NCBI GenBank assembly: GCA_041665485.1 | Contig: JBAYIT010000001.1 | Location: 8,651 to 72,650 of the forward strand | Direction of reading: 5' to 3' | DNA length: 64,000 bases | DNA from: Candidatus Shapirobacteria bacterium | GTDB lineage: Bacteria > Patescibacteriota > Microgenomatia > UBA12405 | In this document: piece by piece, positions 39,088 to 48,635 of the stretch | Layout of the letters: every line of letters begins with the position of its first letter | Position numbering within the stretch: the first letter of the stretch is position 1 | Made by a program: the position numbers and the translations under genes | The notes under the pieces: model-generated | The model's input: the letters and a program-made list of their open reading frames with translations, nothing else | Told to the model about the DNA's origin: nothing | The model's database searches: none

Positions 39088-39789
39088 TTACAAGTGGAGG
39101 TAGTGTTGACGCTGGGGTTCGGGGAGTTTTTCGATGGCGTAACGAAGAGCGGTGCGAGGCATAACGGGAGCGTGCTGATCAAGAAAAGTGGTTAGAGTTT
39201 TAAGGTCACGTTTGCCGACCTCGCGAAGCATCCAACCAACGGCTTTGTGGATAAGATCATGTTTATCTTTTAAAAGATTTTCGCTGATTTTGATCGTATC
39301 TTTAAGCTGATTTACGCGGATGAAGGCGAAGGTGGAAATAATGGCGATACGGCGATCCCAAACTAGTTTAGATTTGGCAAGTTTGTATAAAATATCTCTT
39401 GGTTTATCGAGCAAATAAACTCCAACTATCTTTCCGGCGGAGATATCAACTAAGTCCCAATTGTTAATGCGGGCAGTATTGGCAAGGTAAAAATCATAGA
39501 TCTGTTTTTGTTTTGGGGGGTCGGCCTTAGCAAACTGGCGAACCAAAAACATGATAGCTAAAGTGCGGAATTCGTGGACGGGGTGAATAAGAAGTTTTTT
39601 GATATCAATTAAATCTACTTTTTGCCAATATTTTTGCTCAATAGAGTGGGTTTGGGGGAGGGTTAGGCCGAAAAATTCGTCCCCTTCTCCGTATTGGCCC
39701 GGCCCGGTTTTAAAAAAACGTTTAAAGCGGTCGATTTTTTCAGGGTTCTTAAGGGCCTTTAAAGCGGATTCGATTTGGGAGAAAAACAT
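39088..39789 (-). CDS. DNA alkylation repair (AlkD/AlkC-like HEAT-repeat) protein
   Basis: Overall similarity to the PF08713 family (N-terminal KRFFKTGPGQYGEGDEFFGL). Confidence 0.5.
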   Translation of the reverse strand: MFFSQIESALKALKNPEKIDRFKRFFKTGPGQYGEGDEFFGLTLPQTHSIEQKYWQKVDLIDIKKLLIHPVHEFRTLAIMFLVRQFAKADPPKQKQIYDFYLANTARINNWDLVDISAGKIVGVYLLDKPRDILYKLAKSKLVWDRRIAIISTFAFIRVNQLKDTIKISENLLKDKHDLIHKAVGWMLREVGKRDLKTLTTFLDQHAPVMPRTALRYAIEKLPEPQRQHYLHL

Positions 39790-39842
39790 GATTTATTATA
39801 AACGTTTCAGTTTCCTTTCAGTCAAGGGGCTATAATTGGCTT

Positions 39843-41042
39843 ATGAAAAAAGTGGCGATTTTGATGGTGGTAGCAGGAATGGTGGGTTTGGGAATTTGGA
39901 AACTGCGGGGAACTAAAACGGCGGCGGTGGAATATCAAACAGCAGTGGCGTCCAGGGGAACACTAATAGTATCGCTAACGGCTTCGGGGCAAGTGGCAGC
40001 AACTAACAGCCGGACAGTGACGACAACGGCTTCGGGAGTGGTGAAAAAAGTTTATGTAAAAGAAGGAGATAAGGTAACGACCGGGACGCCAATAATGCTA
40101 ATTGATCTAGATTTGGACGGAAAACAACAACTGGAATCGGCTTATGCTCAATTACAATCGGCCCAAAATAGTTTAATGACTGCTCAAACCAAAATTTATA
40201 CTCTAGAGAGTTCTTTGGTTAATGCTAAAAATATTTTTGACAATCAATGGTCAATGCAGTCGCCTGATGATCCGACCTATAAACAGAGGCATAATGATCT
40301 TTTAACGGCTCAAGCTAATTTTGATGCCCAACAAGCGGCAATACAACAGGCCCAAACATCCTTGAATTCGGCAAGACTATCATATCAACTATCAAGTGCA
40401 ACTGTGTATGCGCCAATTTCAGGAACAGTATCGGCAATTTCTTTGACAACTGGGATGGTGCTTAACCCAACCAGTAGTTCAAGCAGTAGTACTAATGTGT
40501 CGAATAAAATTGCCATCGTAAAAACTAATGCTACTCCGGCAATTTCGGTAGCGTTGACGGAAATTGATGTGCCAAAAGTAAAAGTGGGCGATCAGGCGAC
40601 AGTAACTCTTGATGCCCTGCCGGGAAAAACCTATACCGGAAAAGTAACAGCGGTGGATACGAGCGGAGCCATAAGTTCGGGAGTGGTGAGCTATACAACA
40701 ACGATTAGACTGGATTCGGATGTGCCGGAAATTTTGTCAAATATGTCAGCCACAGCCAACATTATTACCGACGTAAGAGATAATGTAATTTTGGTGCCGG
40801 TGGCGGCAGTGCAAACAAGCAATGGAGAAACAACGGTTCGGGAATTGGTAGGTGGGGCATTGACCAATGTGCCGGTGGAAGCGGGAAGGTCGAGCGCCAC
40901 TCAAACAGAAATTGTGTCGGGGGTGAAAGAGGGGGACACGGTGGTAACCGGAGTTAGTAGTAGTACTAGTACAACCACTACCACTGGAACGTCGGTGTTT
41001 GGCAATACCAGAGGCGGATTTGGGGGATTTGGAGGCCGGTAA
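39843..41042 (+). CDS. Efflux ABC periplasmic adaptor subunit (HlyD/MacA family)
   Basis: N-terminal TM, biotinyl/lipoyl-like half-barrels, long coiled-coil. Followed by MacB-type ABC genes. Confidence 0.7.
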   Translation: MKKVAILMVVAGMVGLGIWKLRGTKTAAVEYQTAVASRGTLIVSLTASGQVAATNSRTVTTTASGVVKKVYVKEGDKVTTGTPIMLIDLDLDGKQQLESAYAQLQSAQNSLMTAQTKIYTLESSLVNAKNIFDNQWSMQSPDDPTYKQRHNDLLTAQANFDAQQAAIQQAQTSLNSARLSYQLSSATVYAPISGTVSAISLTTGMVLNPTSSSSSSTNVSNKIAIVKTNATPAISVALTEIDVPKVKVGDQATVTLDALPGKTYTGKVTAVDTSGAISSGVVSYTTTIRLDSDVPEILSNMSATANIITDVRDNVILVPVAAVQTSNGETTVRELVGGALTNVPVEAGRSSATQTEIVSGVKEGDTVVTGVSSSTSTTTTTGTSVFGNTRGGFGGFGGR

Positions 41043-41048
41043 TTTAAT

Positions 41049-41765
41049 ATGAAAGCAATTATTGAGGCAAGCCATTTAATGAAAGTTTATAAAACCGGCG
41101 GGATAGAAACGCTGGCGGTGAACGATGTGTCGTTTGAAATTAAAGAGGGTGAATTTGTAGCAATTATGGGGCCGTCGGGAAGCGGAAAGTCGACTTTAAT
41201 GCATATTTTGGGAGCCCTGGACAAGCCAACTTCGGGAAAATATATACTTGATGGAGAAAATGTGGAAAATTTGGACGATGATGAGTTGTCAGATATTCGC
41301 AATCGAAAAATTGGTTTTGTGTTTCAGGCATTTAATTTACTACCAAGAATTACGACTTTGAAAAATGTGATGTTACCAATGGCATATGCTGATGTGCCCT
41401 TGGAAGAAAGGGAGGAAATTGCAACTAGGTTTCTAAAGATGGTGGGGCTTTCCGACCGAATGCACCACACTAGTAACCAAATTTCGGGAGGACAACAACA
41501 AAGAGTGGCGATTGCCAGATCATTGGTAATGAATCCGGCCTTGATTTTGGCCGATGAGCCAACAGGAAATATTGCCTCGGCCCAGGCGGAAGAAATAATG
41601 GAAATATTTCAGAAACTAAATGATGATGGGCACACAATTGTGATGATTACTCATGAGCCAGATATCGCCGAACATGCCAAAAGGATTATTCATATTAAAG
41701 ATGGAAGAATTGACAGCGATAAAAACATTCATCAGAAAAGATTAGTTCAATTAAAAAGGCCATGA
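41049..41765 (+). CDS. ABC transporter ATP-binding protein (MacB/LolD-type)
   Basis: Walker [10 protein letters not shown], signature LSGGQQQR, Walker B ILADEPT. Confidence 0.9.
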   Translation: MKAIIEASHLMKVYKTGGIETLAVNDVSFEIKEGEFVAIMGPSGSGKSTLMHILGALDKPTSGKYILDGENVENLDDDELSDIRNRKIGFVFQAFNLLPRITTLKNVMLPMAYADVPLEEREEIATRFLKMVGLSDRMHHTSNQISGGQQQRVAIARSLVMNPALILADEPTGNIASAQAEEIMEIFQKLNDDGHTIVMITHEPDIAEHAKRIIHIKDGRIDSDKNIHQKRLVQLKRP

Positions 41766-42985
41766 AAATAACAGAATTATTTTGGGAAAGCTTAGGAACA
41801 CTGACTTTAAATAAGACCCGGACTGGCCTGGCAATTCTGGGAATAGTGATTGGTATTGGAAGTGTGATTGCCCTAATCTCTTTGGGCCAGGCAACGCAAT
41901 TATCAATTCAGTCGCAAATAGAATCATTGGGGGCTAATTTATTAACCATCAATCCAGGGTCTCAACGAAGCGGGGCAGTGCGAGGAGCGCCGGGCGGAAG
42001 CACAACGCTAACCAACGCTGACGCAACGGCGATTGCGACTTCGACCCAAATTACGACTATCAATAGTGTGTCGGCGGAATATTCGGGTAGAGCTCAAGTG
42101 ATTGCGGGTGGCAATAATGCTAATTCGCAAATCACCGGAGTCCAACCAACCTATTTGTCAATTCATAAATTAGCTATGGATTCGGGAGTTTTTATATCAG
42201 AAACCGATGAGGCAAACATGAACAAAGTGGCGGTGTTGGGACCAGGAATAGTAGCCGATTTATTTACCGATGGAAGCTCCCCAATTGGTCAGACTATAAG
42301 GATTAAGGGGCAGATATTTACAATTATTGGAATAACAGTGTCGAAGGGTGGAAATGGATTTAATAATCAGGACAGTGCCATTTATGTGCCATTATCAACG
42401 GCACAAAAGCAGATATTTGGAGTGAGTTATTTAACTTCGATTGCCATGGAGGCAAAAAGCTCTGAAGTGATGACGGCGGCCCAAGACGAGGTGGGTTACT
42501 TTTTACTAGCACGGCACAAAATCACTGATCCAACCAAAGCAGATTTTTCCATATTTTCCCAACAAGACATATTAACCACAGCGACGTCGACGACAGGAAC
42601 ATTTACTACACTTTTGTCGGGAGTGGCGGCAATATCGCTTTTGGTGGGAGGAATTGGAATTATGAATATAATGCTGGTAACAGTGACGGAAAGAACGAGG
42701 GAAATTGGACTAAGAAAAGCATTGGGGGCGAAAAAGAAAACAATTACAACGCAGTTTTTAACGGAGTCGATTATTCTGACATTTACCGGAGGAATAGTGG
42801 GAGTAATGGTGGGAGTTTTGGCGTCGTTTATAATTTCTAAAGTGTCGAGTTCGTTGTTTGTGATATCACCATATTCAATATTGTTGGCGTTTGTAGTGTC
42901 GGCCGGGATTGGGATTTTATTTGGTTGGTATCCGGCTAAAAGAGCATCGAATTTACAGCCAATTGAGGCGTTGAGGTATGAGTAG
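41762..42985 (+). CDS. ABC transporter permease (FtsX/MacB family)
   Basis: N-terminal TM, large periplasmic domain, three C-terminal TM helices. Confidence 0.8.
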   Translation: MKITELFWESLGTLTLNKTRTGLAILGIVIGIGSVIALISLGQATQLSIQSQIESLGANLLTINPGSQRSGAVRGAPGGSTTLTNADATAIATSTQITTINSVSAEYSGRAQVIAGGNNANSQITGVQPTYLSIHKLAMDSGVFISETDEANMNKVAVLGPGIVADLFTDGSSPIGQTIRIKGQIFTIIGITVSKGGNGFNNQDSAIYVPLSTAQKQIFGVSYLTSIAMEAKSSEVMTAAQDEVGYFLLARHKITDPTKADFSIFSQQDILTTATSTTGTFTTLLSGVAAISLLVGGIGIMNIMLVTVTERTREIGLRKALGAKKKTITTQFLTESIILTFTGGIVGVMVGVLASFIISKVSSSLFVISPYSILLAFVVSAGIGILFGWYPAKRASNLQPIEALRYE

Positions 42986-43056
42986 ATTGAGAATCTACGA
43001 ATATACGAATTAACGAATATAGAATAAGAATTTAAAATTTAAAAATTTAAAAAAAT

Positions 43057-43518
43057 ATGAAACAAAATAATTTGATCATGATGGTGGTGTTGGTGTTAGT
43101 GGTTGGGGGCGGGGCATTTTTTGGCGGAATGACCTATAGCCAATCAAAGGCGACGGCGACTAGACGGCAATTTGCCGGGGGAATGGCGGGTCAAGCCGGG
43201 CAATTTGGAGGGAATCGGGCAGGCGGAGCCGGCGTCCGAGGAGGACAGGTAATGGGTGATATAGTGAGTGTGAGCGACACGTCAATGACAGTGAAATTGG
43301 CTGATGGTAGCTCTAAAATTGTGATTTTATCGGAAACAGGCAGTATTGTTAAATCGTCACCAGCAACGAAAACCGATCTGGTAGTCGGAGAAAAAGTGGC
43401 GGTGTTTGGAGCAACTAATAGCGACGGGTCGGTGACGGCGCAAAATATTCAGCTAAACCCAATTATGAGAGGGCCGGCTGATGCAACCAGGTCCCCCGCT
43501 CCAACTCAGGGGCAATAA
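43057..43518 (+). CDS. Secreted Gly-rich hypothetical protein
   Basis: Signal/TM followed by a GGxAG-rich region. Confidence 0.4.
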   Translation: MKQNNLIMMVVLVLVVGGGAFFGGMTYSQSKATATRRQFAGGMAGQAGQFGGNRAGGAGVRGGQVMGDIVSVSDTSMTVKLADGSSKIVILSETGSIVKSSPATKTDLVVGEKVAVFGATNSDGSVTAQNIQLNPIMRGPADATRSPAPTQGQ

Positions 43519-43519
43519 A

Positions 43520-44230
43520 TTATCGAACAACGTCGGTAAAAATTTCTTCTAGATTATTTTTTCCGAAGAATTTGCAGATATTGCCAATATCCCTTAACAA
43601 AAATTCATTGGCATTGGGGTTGTGGCGAACATCGATGGCTTGAGGAAAATCGATGATGTAGGGCGAATCTTGCCACCAGAGGATATTGAATTCGGACAGG
43701 TCGCCATGGACAATGCCGCATGTGTAAAATGTTTTGATAGAGTCAATGATTTGGTCAAAAACCTGGTTTAGCTGGTTTTGATCTAAATCAACGTCTTTAA
43801 GGAGTGGAGCGGGAAGATTAATATCGCCTAAATACTCCATTAAAATTGAGTCAGTGTTGTAGTCAAAAACTCCCGGAACATTGGCACCTAATTCATAAAA
43901 TTTCTTCAACAGATAAAACTCGCGTTTGGTCCACAATCTTCTGATTAAATCCTTGCCAAATTTATTACCTTTGGCGACTGACTTTTTTTGACTTGGATTT
44001 CTAAAATATTTACCGGCCAAATAGAGACTATTGCCTTGGGTGGTGCTCAATGACCGATTTTTGTATGTTTTAAGGCAATAAAGCTGGTTTTTGATGTCAA
44101 CGAGCAGACAATCGGCCTCTTTGCCAGATTTGATATTTTTAACCAAACGAATACTGGGGTATTTTTTAGACCAAATTTCAACTGATTGAGAACGAGTGGA
44201 CATTGGATTAATTATAGAGGTAAGGCACAA
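43520..44230 (-). CDS. RIO-type (atypical) serine protein kinase-like
   Basis: IVHGDLSEFNILW catalytic-loop motif, as in RIO/Kdo-kinase families. Confidence 0.55.
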   Translation of the reverse strand: MCLTSIINPMSTRSQSVEIWSKKYPSIRLVKNIKSGKEADCLLVDIKNQLYCLKTYKNRSLSTTQGNSLYLAGKYFRNPSQKKSVAKGNKFGKDLIRRLWTKREFYLLKKFYELGANVPGVFDYNTDSILMEYLGDINLPAPLLKDVDLDQNQLNQVFDQIIDSIKTFYTCGIVHGDLSEFNILWWQDSPYIIDFPQAIDVRHNPNANEFLLRDIGNICKFFGKNNLEEIFTDVVR

Positions 44231-44276
44231 GGTTTACCGAAATTAGACCATTTATTTGATATACTTCGAACATCAA

Positions 44277-44364
44277 GGAAGGGTGCGCCGAATGGTAAGG
44301 CACAGGTTTGCTAAACCTGCGTCCCGCAAGGGGCATGAGGGTTCGACTCCCTCCCCTTCCGCCA
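44277..44364 (+). tRNA. tRNA-Ser (GCT), class II, CCA encoded
   Basis: Manual fold: acceptor GGAAGGG/CCCTTCC, anticodon stem CAGGT/ACCTG with loop TTGCTAA, long variable arm, T-arm GAGGG-TTCGACT-CCCTC, discriminator G, CCA. Confidence 0.9.
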
Positions 44365-44500
44365 AAGGGTCAAAGTTCTATGCGACCCACTTGGTAGTCA
44401 AGTATTGCCCCAACCTGTTGCCATATATTCGTCAAATACAACATTTTTCGATTTAACGGCCTGTAATAGGTAGTTTTGTTGTTTGTTGATATAATCCATT

Positions 44501-45001
44501 ATGTCCTATTTAATTGATATTTTAAAGATAATTTTCTCTTGGCCGTTTGTTGTTACTGTGATATTTCTTGTTTTAAAAAAAGACATCTCAAATATTTTGG
44601 GTAAGTCTAATTTAAGCGAAATTTCAATCAAAGATATGATTCGGATTATTTTTAGCGGTCAGTATCAAGCAAAAAAAGAGCCAGAAAAGAAAGATGAGTT
44701 GATGGAAAAGTTGTACGAAAAGATGACAAGAGCCCAATTAAGATTTTTATTTTTATTAAGAGAGTCTTCGTTTAAAGGTCGTGGTCTGGATTGTGGTTAC
44801 GTCAGCAACTACTTCCAACAAATAATTAAGTCCAAAACAGATCGATATGACGGATGGATAACCCCGTTTATTACCCAGTATCTACAAGAGAATCAATTAT
44901 TGTCAGTTTCTGATAACTATTACAAACTTGAAAAGTTAGGTGATGTATTTTTGAAATATATTGAAGATAAGGGATATTCTACTCAAGATAAACCTCTTTA
45001 A
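44501..45001 (+). CDS. Hypothetical protein with N-terminal TM
   Basis: ORF only. Confidence 0.4.
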   Translation: MSYLIDILKIIFSWPFVVTVIFLVLKKDISNILGKSNLSEISIKDMIRIIFSGQYQAKKEPEKKDELMEKLYEKMTRAQLRFLFLLRESSFKGRGLDCGYVSNYFQQIIKSKTDRYDGWITPFITQYLQENQLLSVSDNYYKLEKLGDVFLKYIEDKGYSTQDKPL

Positions 45002-46320
45002 CCGATTGCCAGTTGTTTGTTGTGGAGGATAAATTTAGTTTTTATTGCCGACATTATTTGAATTCTATCTTCGGCAGATCCGGCTTTTAAGACATGGAGT
45101 AAATACTCTTTGGCGGTATCCCGATCTAGCGGTATTTTTTGAGGGTAGTCGAATTGGTTAAGATTTCCAGCTAGAAATTCCTGATGGAGTACTTCGCCTC
45201 GAAGTGAATGGAATCTCTCGATTTCCTCTTTTAACTGATTGGTTAGTGCTTTTTCATCAAGTTTGATTTCATCTATGTGGCTAACTAATTGGTTTATTAA
45301 TTCTTCTTCGCTGATGTATGGCTCGTCGCAGTCGTAATCAACGTGGCGACCGCAGTGGTAGTAAACATATTTTTTGAATGATCCGTATTTGTATCGCTTG
45401 TATTTTTCTTCCGCCGTTATCCATTCTCCACAACTGCCACATTTACATAATCCACGGAACGGGAAGAGCTTTTTATTCCATTCTTTTGGTGGGACATAAA
45501 GTTGTTTTTGGGCCTTATCAAATATTGCTTTAGTAATTAATGGTTCGTGATTTCCTTTGTAGATAATTCCTCCAAATTCAAATTCACCGTAGTAATAAGT
45601 ATTTTTTAACGTTTTGTATACCTTGCTTAGGGCCAGCGGTTTTCCGCTTCTGGTCGTAAATCCAATTTTATCGAGCCACATTTTTATCGTTCTACCGCTT
45701 TGGCCTTTATTTGCCACCCGGTCAAATATTTGTTTAATTATCGGAGCTCGTTCTTTGTCGACCTCAACGTAACTGATTCGGTTATAGCTCATGACGTTGA
45801 GGTACCCAAGCGGGGCAATATTTGGCCTCCATCCGGCCTCACACTTAGCTTTCATGCCTCTTTTGACATTAATACCCCGATTATCGTTTTCCAGCTTGGC
45901 TTGAGAGCAGAGAATCATTAGCAAGAATTTTTCATTTGGGTTGTCGGAGAATGATTGAGAGAAGGTTCTTATTGTTTGAAGTTTTCCCTGATCCATGAGG
46001 TCAACTAGTGTTCCCAAGTCTCCGGCATTCCTGCTTAATCTGTCCGGTGCCCAGGTTAATATGGCATCAAATTCTCCGGCTCTGATATCGATCAGTAGTT
46101 GATTGAATACTGGCCTCAATCCTGATGATTTAGCAGAATGGCTTTCTTGTCGAATTTCTTTTATGAATAAATTTTCTCTTTCGGCCAGCGTCTTCATCTC
46201 ATTGATTTGAGACTCGATCGACATGGCTTGTCTCTCATCCGATTCTGATGACTTTCTGGCGTAAAGGCAATATCTTGTTTGTTTTATTTCCTGTGTCTTT
46301 CCATCTTCTTTGATCTTCAT
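44998..46320 (-). CDS. Large serine recombinase (resolvase catalytic domain + recombinase domain + zinc ribbon); start trimmed to MKIKEDGKT
   Basis: YARKSSESDERQAMSIESQ catalytic-serine region. C-terminal CxxC...C pattern typical of phage-type serine integrases. Confidence 0.85.
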   Translation of the reverse strand: MKIKEDGKTQEIKQTRYCLYARKSSESDERQAMSIESQINEMKTLAERENLFIKEIRQESHSAKSSGLRPVFNQLLIDIRAGEFDAILTWAPDRLSRNAGDLGTLVDLMDQGKLQTIRTFSQSFSDNPNEKFLLMILCSQAKLENDNRGINVKRGMKAKCEAGWRPNIAPLGYLNVMSYNRISYVEVDKERAPIIKQIFDRVANKGQSGRTIKMWLDKIGFTTRSGKPLALSKVYKTLKNTYYYGEFEFGGIIYKGNHEPLITKAIFDKAQKQLYVPPKEWNKKLFPFRGLCKCGSCGEWITAEEKYKRYKYGSFKKYVYYHCGRHVDYDCDEPYISEEELINQLVSHIDEIKLDEKALTNQLKEEIERFHSLRGEVLHQEFLAGNLNQFDYPQKIPLDRDTAKEYLLHVLKAGSAEDRIQIMSAIKTKFILHNKQLAIG

Positions 46321-46381
46321 GACACAACTGTACCGCAGGTTTTGTGGAAGTCTAGGAGATGAATTAGTGCTAAAATAGGGC

Positions 46382-47062
46382 ATGAAAGCTTTTGCTTTGT
46401 CCGTACTACTGGCTATTTCAAGTTTCTTCGGTATAAAAAATAAATCGCAGGTAGTTTTGGTCGAACCGATACCCACAGTTATTCAAAATCAAACCATAGT
46501 TCCGACAGAGGTAGTTGAGATACCCACACAAATAGTTACGCCAACAATTCGTGTAATACCTACCACTATTGCGCCAAAATCATCTATTAATGAGGATATT
46601 CTTAAAAAGTTTTTTGGGGTTTCGGATATTGACTCTGTGAATCAGGTTCTAAATAATAAGTCTCAATTACAAAAATATGAGCAGGAATTTTATCAAAAGT
46701 TTTTAACTTCTCCGATTCCAAGAGTTACAATTTCAAGCAATACTCAACTTATTGCTATGCCGGGAATGAATGGAATGGTTATCTGCACTGGAAGTCAATT
46801 AAAAAAGCTTTATGAAGAAATCGGCCCTATCGAAAGTCAAATATATTTTGAAAAAATGGATTATGACTGTCATCATAACCCCAAAGTGCAAGAAACCAAG
46901 GAATGCCAAGACTGGAGAAAAATAAACGACGCTAACAGGGTCCAGCCCACCAAAGGATCAATTGATGACGAAATTTCAGCCCTACAAAAAAAGATAAACG
47001 AATATGCCAATAAAAAGAATGTTTATGATGATCTTTTAGTTAAATACTGCCCAAAGAAATGA
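46382..47062 (+). CDS. Hypothetical secreted protein
   Basis: ORF with N-terminal hydrophobic segment. Confidence 0.35.
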   Translation: MKAFALSVLLAISSFFGIKNKSQVVLVEPIPTVIQNQTIVPTEVVEIPTQIVTPTIRVIPTTIAPKSSINEDILKKFFGVSDIDSVNQVLNNKSQLQKYEQEFYQKFLTSPIPRVTISSNTQLIAMPGMNGMVICTGSQLKKLYEEIGPIESQIYFEKMDYDCHHNPKVQETKECQDWRKINDANRVQPTKGSIDDEISALQKKINEYANKKNVYDDLLVKYCPKK

Positions 47063-47562
47063 CAAAAACTAAGATAACAATTCTACTCATATCAATACTT
47101 CTAGTTGTTGGAGCAACATCCTTTATTTACCTCAATATTAATAAAATCCCTGCCGAAGATTTCAAAGCACCGGGTAAAAGTTGGCAGTCCCCTAAAAAAG
47201 TTGAGGATTATTTTATTGATAAGTTAAGATTTACTCAAAGTGATTTGGAAAGACAAAAACAAAGCGAGACGGTAGATTTTCGGCCCGGCAAAGGCTCTAC
47301 ACTTGACGCAATCATTAGTAATCTCAACTATTATGGATTCATCCGAAGTGAAAAAGCATTAATGTATGCTTTGGAGAATACGAAAGATATTACTCAAGGA
47401 AATCCGGGATTATTGTCGGTTGGTAAAAATGGGTCGATTGATATTGTTGCCAGTTACCGGATTTCGGAAAATATGACGGCTTGGGAAATAGCGGACACTC
47501 TACTTAATAAATCACACTATTTTGGTCCGAATGATGAGTATAACTATATGTTTATGCCTTAA
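47059..47562 (+). CDS. Hypothetical membrane-anchored protein (weak MltG/YceG-like N-terminal resemblance)
   Basis: TM followed by GKGSTLDAIISNLNYYGFIRS. Weak. Confidence 0.35.
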   Translation: MTKTKITILLISILLVVGATSFIYLNINKIPAEDFKAPGKSWQSPKKVEDYFIDKLRFTQSDLERQKQSETVDFRPGKGSTLDAIISNLNYYGFIRSEKALMYALENTKDITQGNPGLLSVGKNGSIDIVASYRISENMTAWEIADTLLNKSHYFGPNDEYNYMFMP

Positions 47563-47574
47563 AACTAATTAATA

Positions 47575-48294
47575 TTAGCGTGCTTCTTTTATATAAATAT
47601 CCATAAGTTTAGCTGCCCAATCGGAATAGGTTTGATATTGGCCTTCCGTTCCTTTAGAGGTATACATGTGCTTTACCATTTCAGATACTCCTTCATTTGA
47701 AATCTGGGCACATTCTGTCGTAGATAATGTCGGACACTCAGCCTTTAATTTGGCAACATACTTGTTGTAAATCGTCTGGTAACCACTGGTACCATTTGTA
47801 GTAGGACTATTTGTTTTTGACGTTACGGAATTTGTCTTAGTTGGTGCTACTGTTGGGCTAATTACTGAAATCGGCCAGTTGTCTTTCACACCTTCAATTC
47901 CAATTTTTGACCATTCGTCTTTAGACACATTGTATTCATTTAAAATTTCCTGTCGATATTTTTCTTCAAGCTCTTGGACCAATTCTGCATTTGGCTCAAC
48001 ATTTTTTTTGGCTTGTTCAGCATCTATGTGATTTAAGCTGGTAGGATATTTTTCTTCAGCTTCCTTCATTGCTCTGTCTTCTGCTTGGGCAATTTTAGTG
48101 AATATTTCCTGTTTTTCTTCTAAGCTTCTACTGCTTGTTTCAAGTGTCTTTGTGGCAGTATTCACACCATCTTGGAAGCCTTTTTGAGTATCTCTATTTT
48201 TAGCACCAATAATCATCATTAGAATGATAAAGAGAATTATCCCAGAAACTATTTTGTGGCTTAAAAACCAGTTTCGTTGCTTATCTTTTTCCAT
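47575..48294 (-). CDS. Hypothetical membrane-anchored protein
   Basis: ORF with N-terminal TM. Divergent from the XRE gene. Confidence 0.35.
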   Translation of the reverse strand: MEKDKQRNWFLSHKIVSGIILFIILMMIIGAKNRDTQKGFQDGVNTATKTLETSSRSLEEKQEIFTKIAQAEDRAMKEAEEKYPTSLNHIDAEQAKKNVEPNAELVQELEEKYRQEILNEYNVSKDEWSKIGIEGVKDNWPISVISPTVAPTKTNSVTSKTNSPTTNGTSGYQTIYNKYVAKLKAECPTLSTTECAQISNEGVSEMVKHMYTSKGTEGQYQTYSDWAAKLMDIYIKEAR

Positions 48295-48419
48295 ATATTT
48301 ATTAATTATTAATTCAACCCAATGCTAACTGCAACTTAGCACAAAGTCAAGGCTATGTCATGCCTATTTGCTAAGTAGAGCTTAGTGGAGTACAAAGGTT
48401 TTTATTTCCATACTTCGGT

Positions 48420-48635
48420 ATGAGAAGTAATGCCAAATTGTTGAAAGTTATCAGCAAAAGAATTAAGAATTGTCGCAATGAATTAGGTCTGACCCAGGAG
48501 GACTTGGCCGAGAAAGTTGGTGTGAGTCGGGTTTACATTGGTTACGTCGAGCAAGGACGCAACACTCCCTCGCTCGAGATCTTGGAAAAAATTGCCAAAG
48601 CCTTGAAAATTAATCTTTCCGGATTAATCACCTAA
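48420..48635 (+). CDS. XRE-family helix-turn-helix transcriptional regulator (Cro/CI-like)
   Basis: GLTQEDLAEKVGVSRVYIGYVEQGRNTPSLEILEKIAKAL is a canonical HTH_3. Confidence 0.7.
   Translation: MRSNAKLLKVISKRIKNCRNELGLTQEDLAEKVGVSRVYIGYVEQGRNTPSLEILEKIAKALKINLSGLIT

Noticed and set aside
44256-44456. 66-aa ORF on the plus strand
   Set aside because: It is fully occupied by the tRNA-Ser(GCT) gene at 44277-44364, so it is a spurious ORF across a structured RNA.
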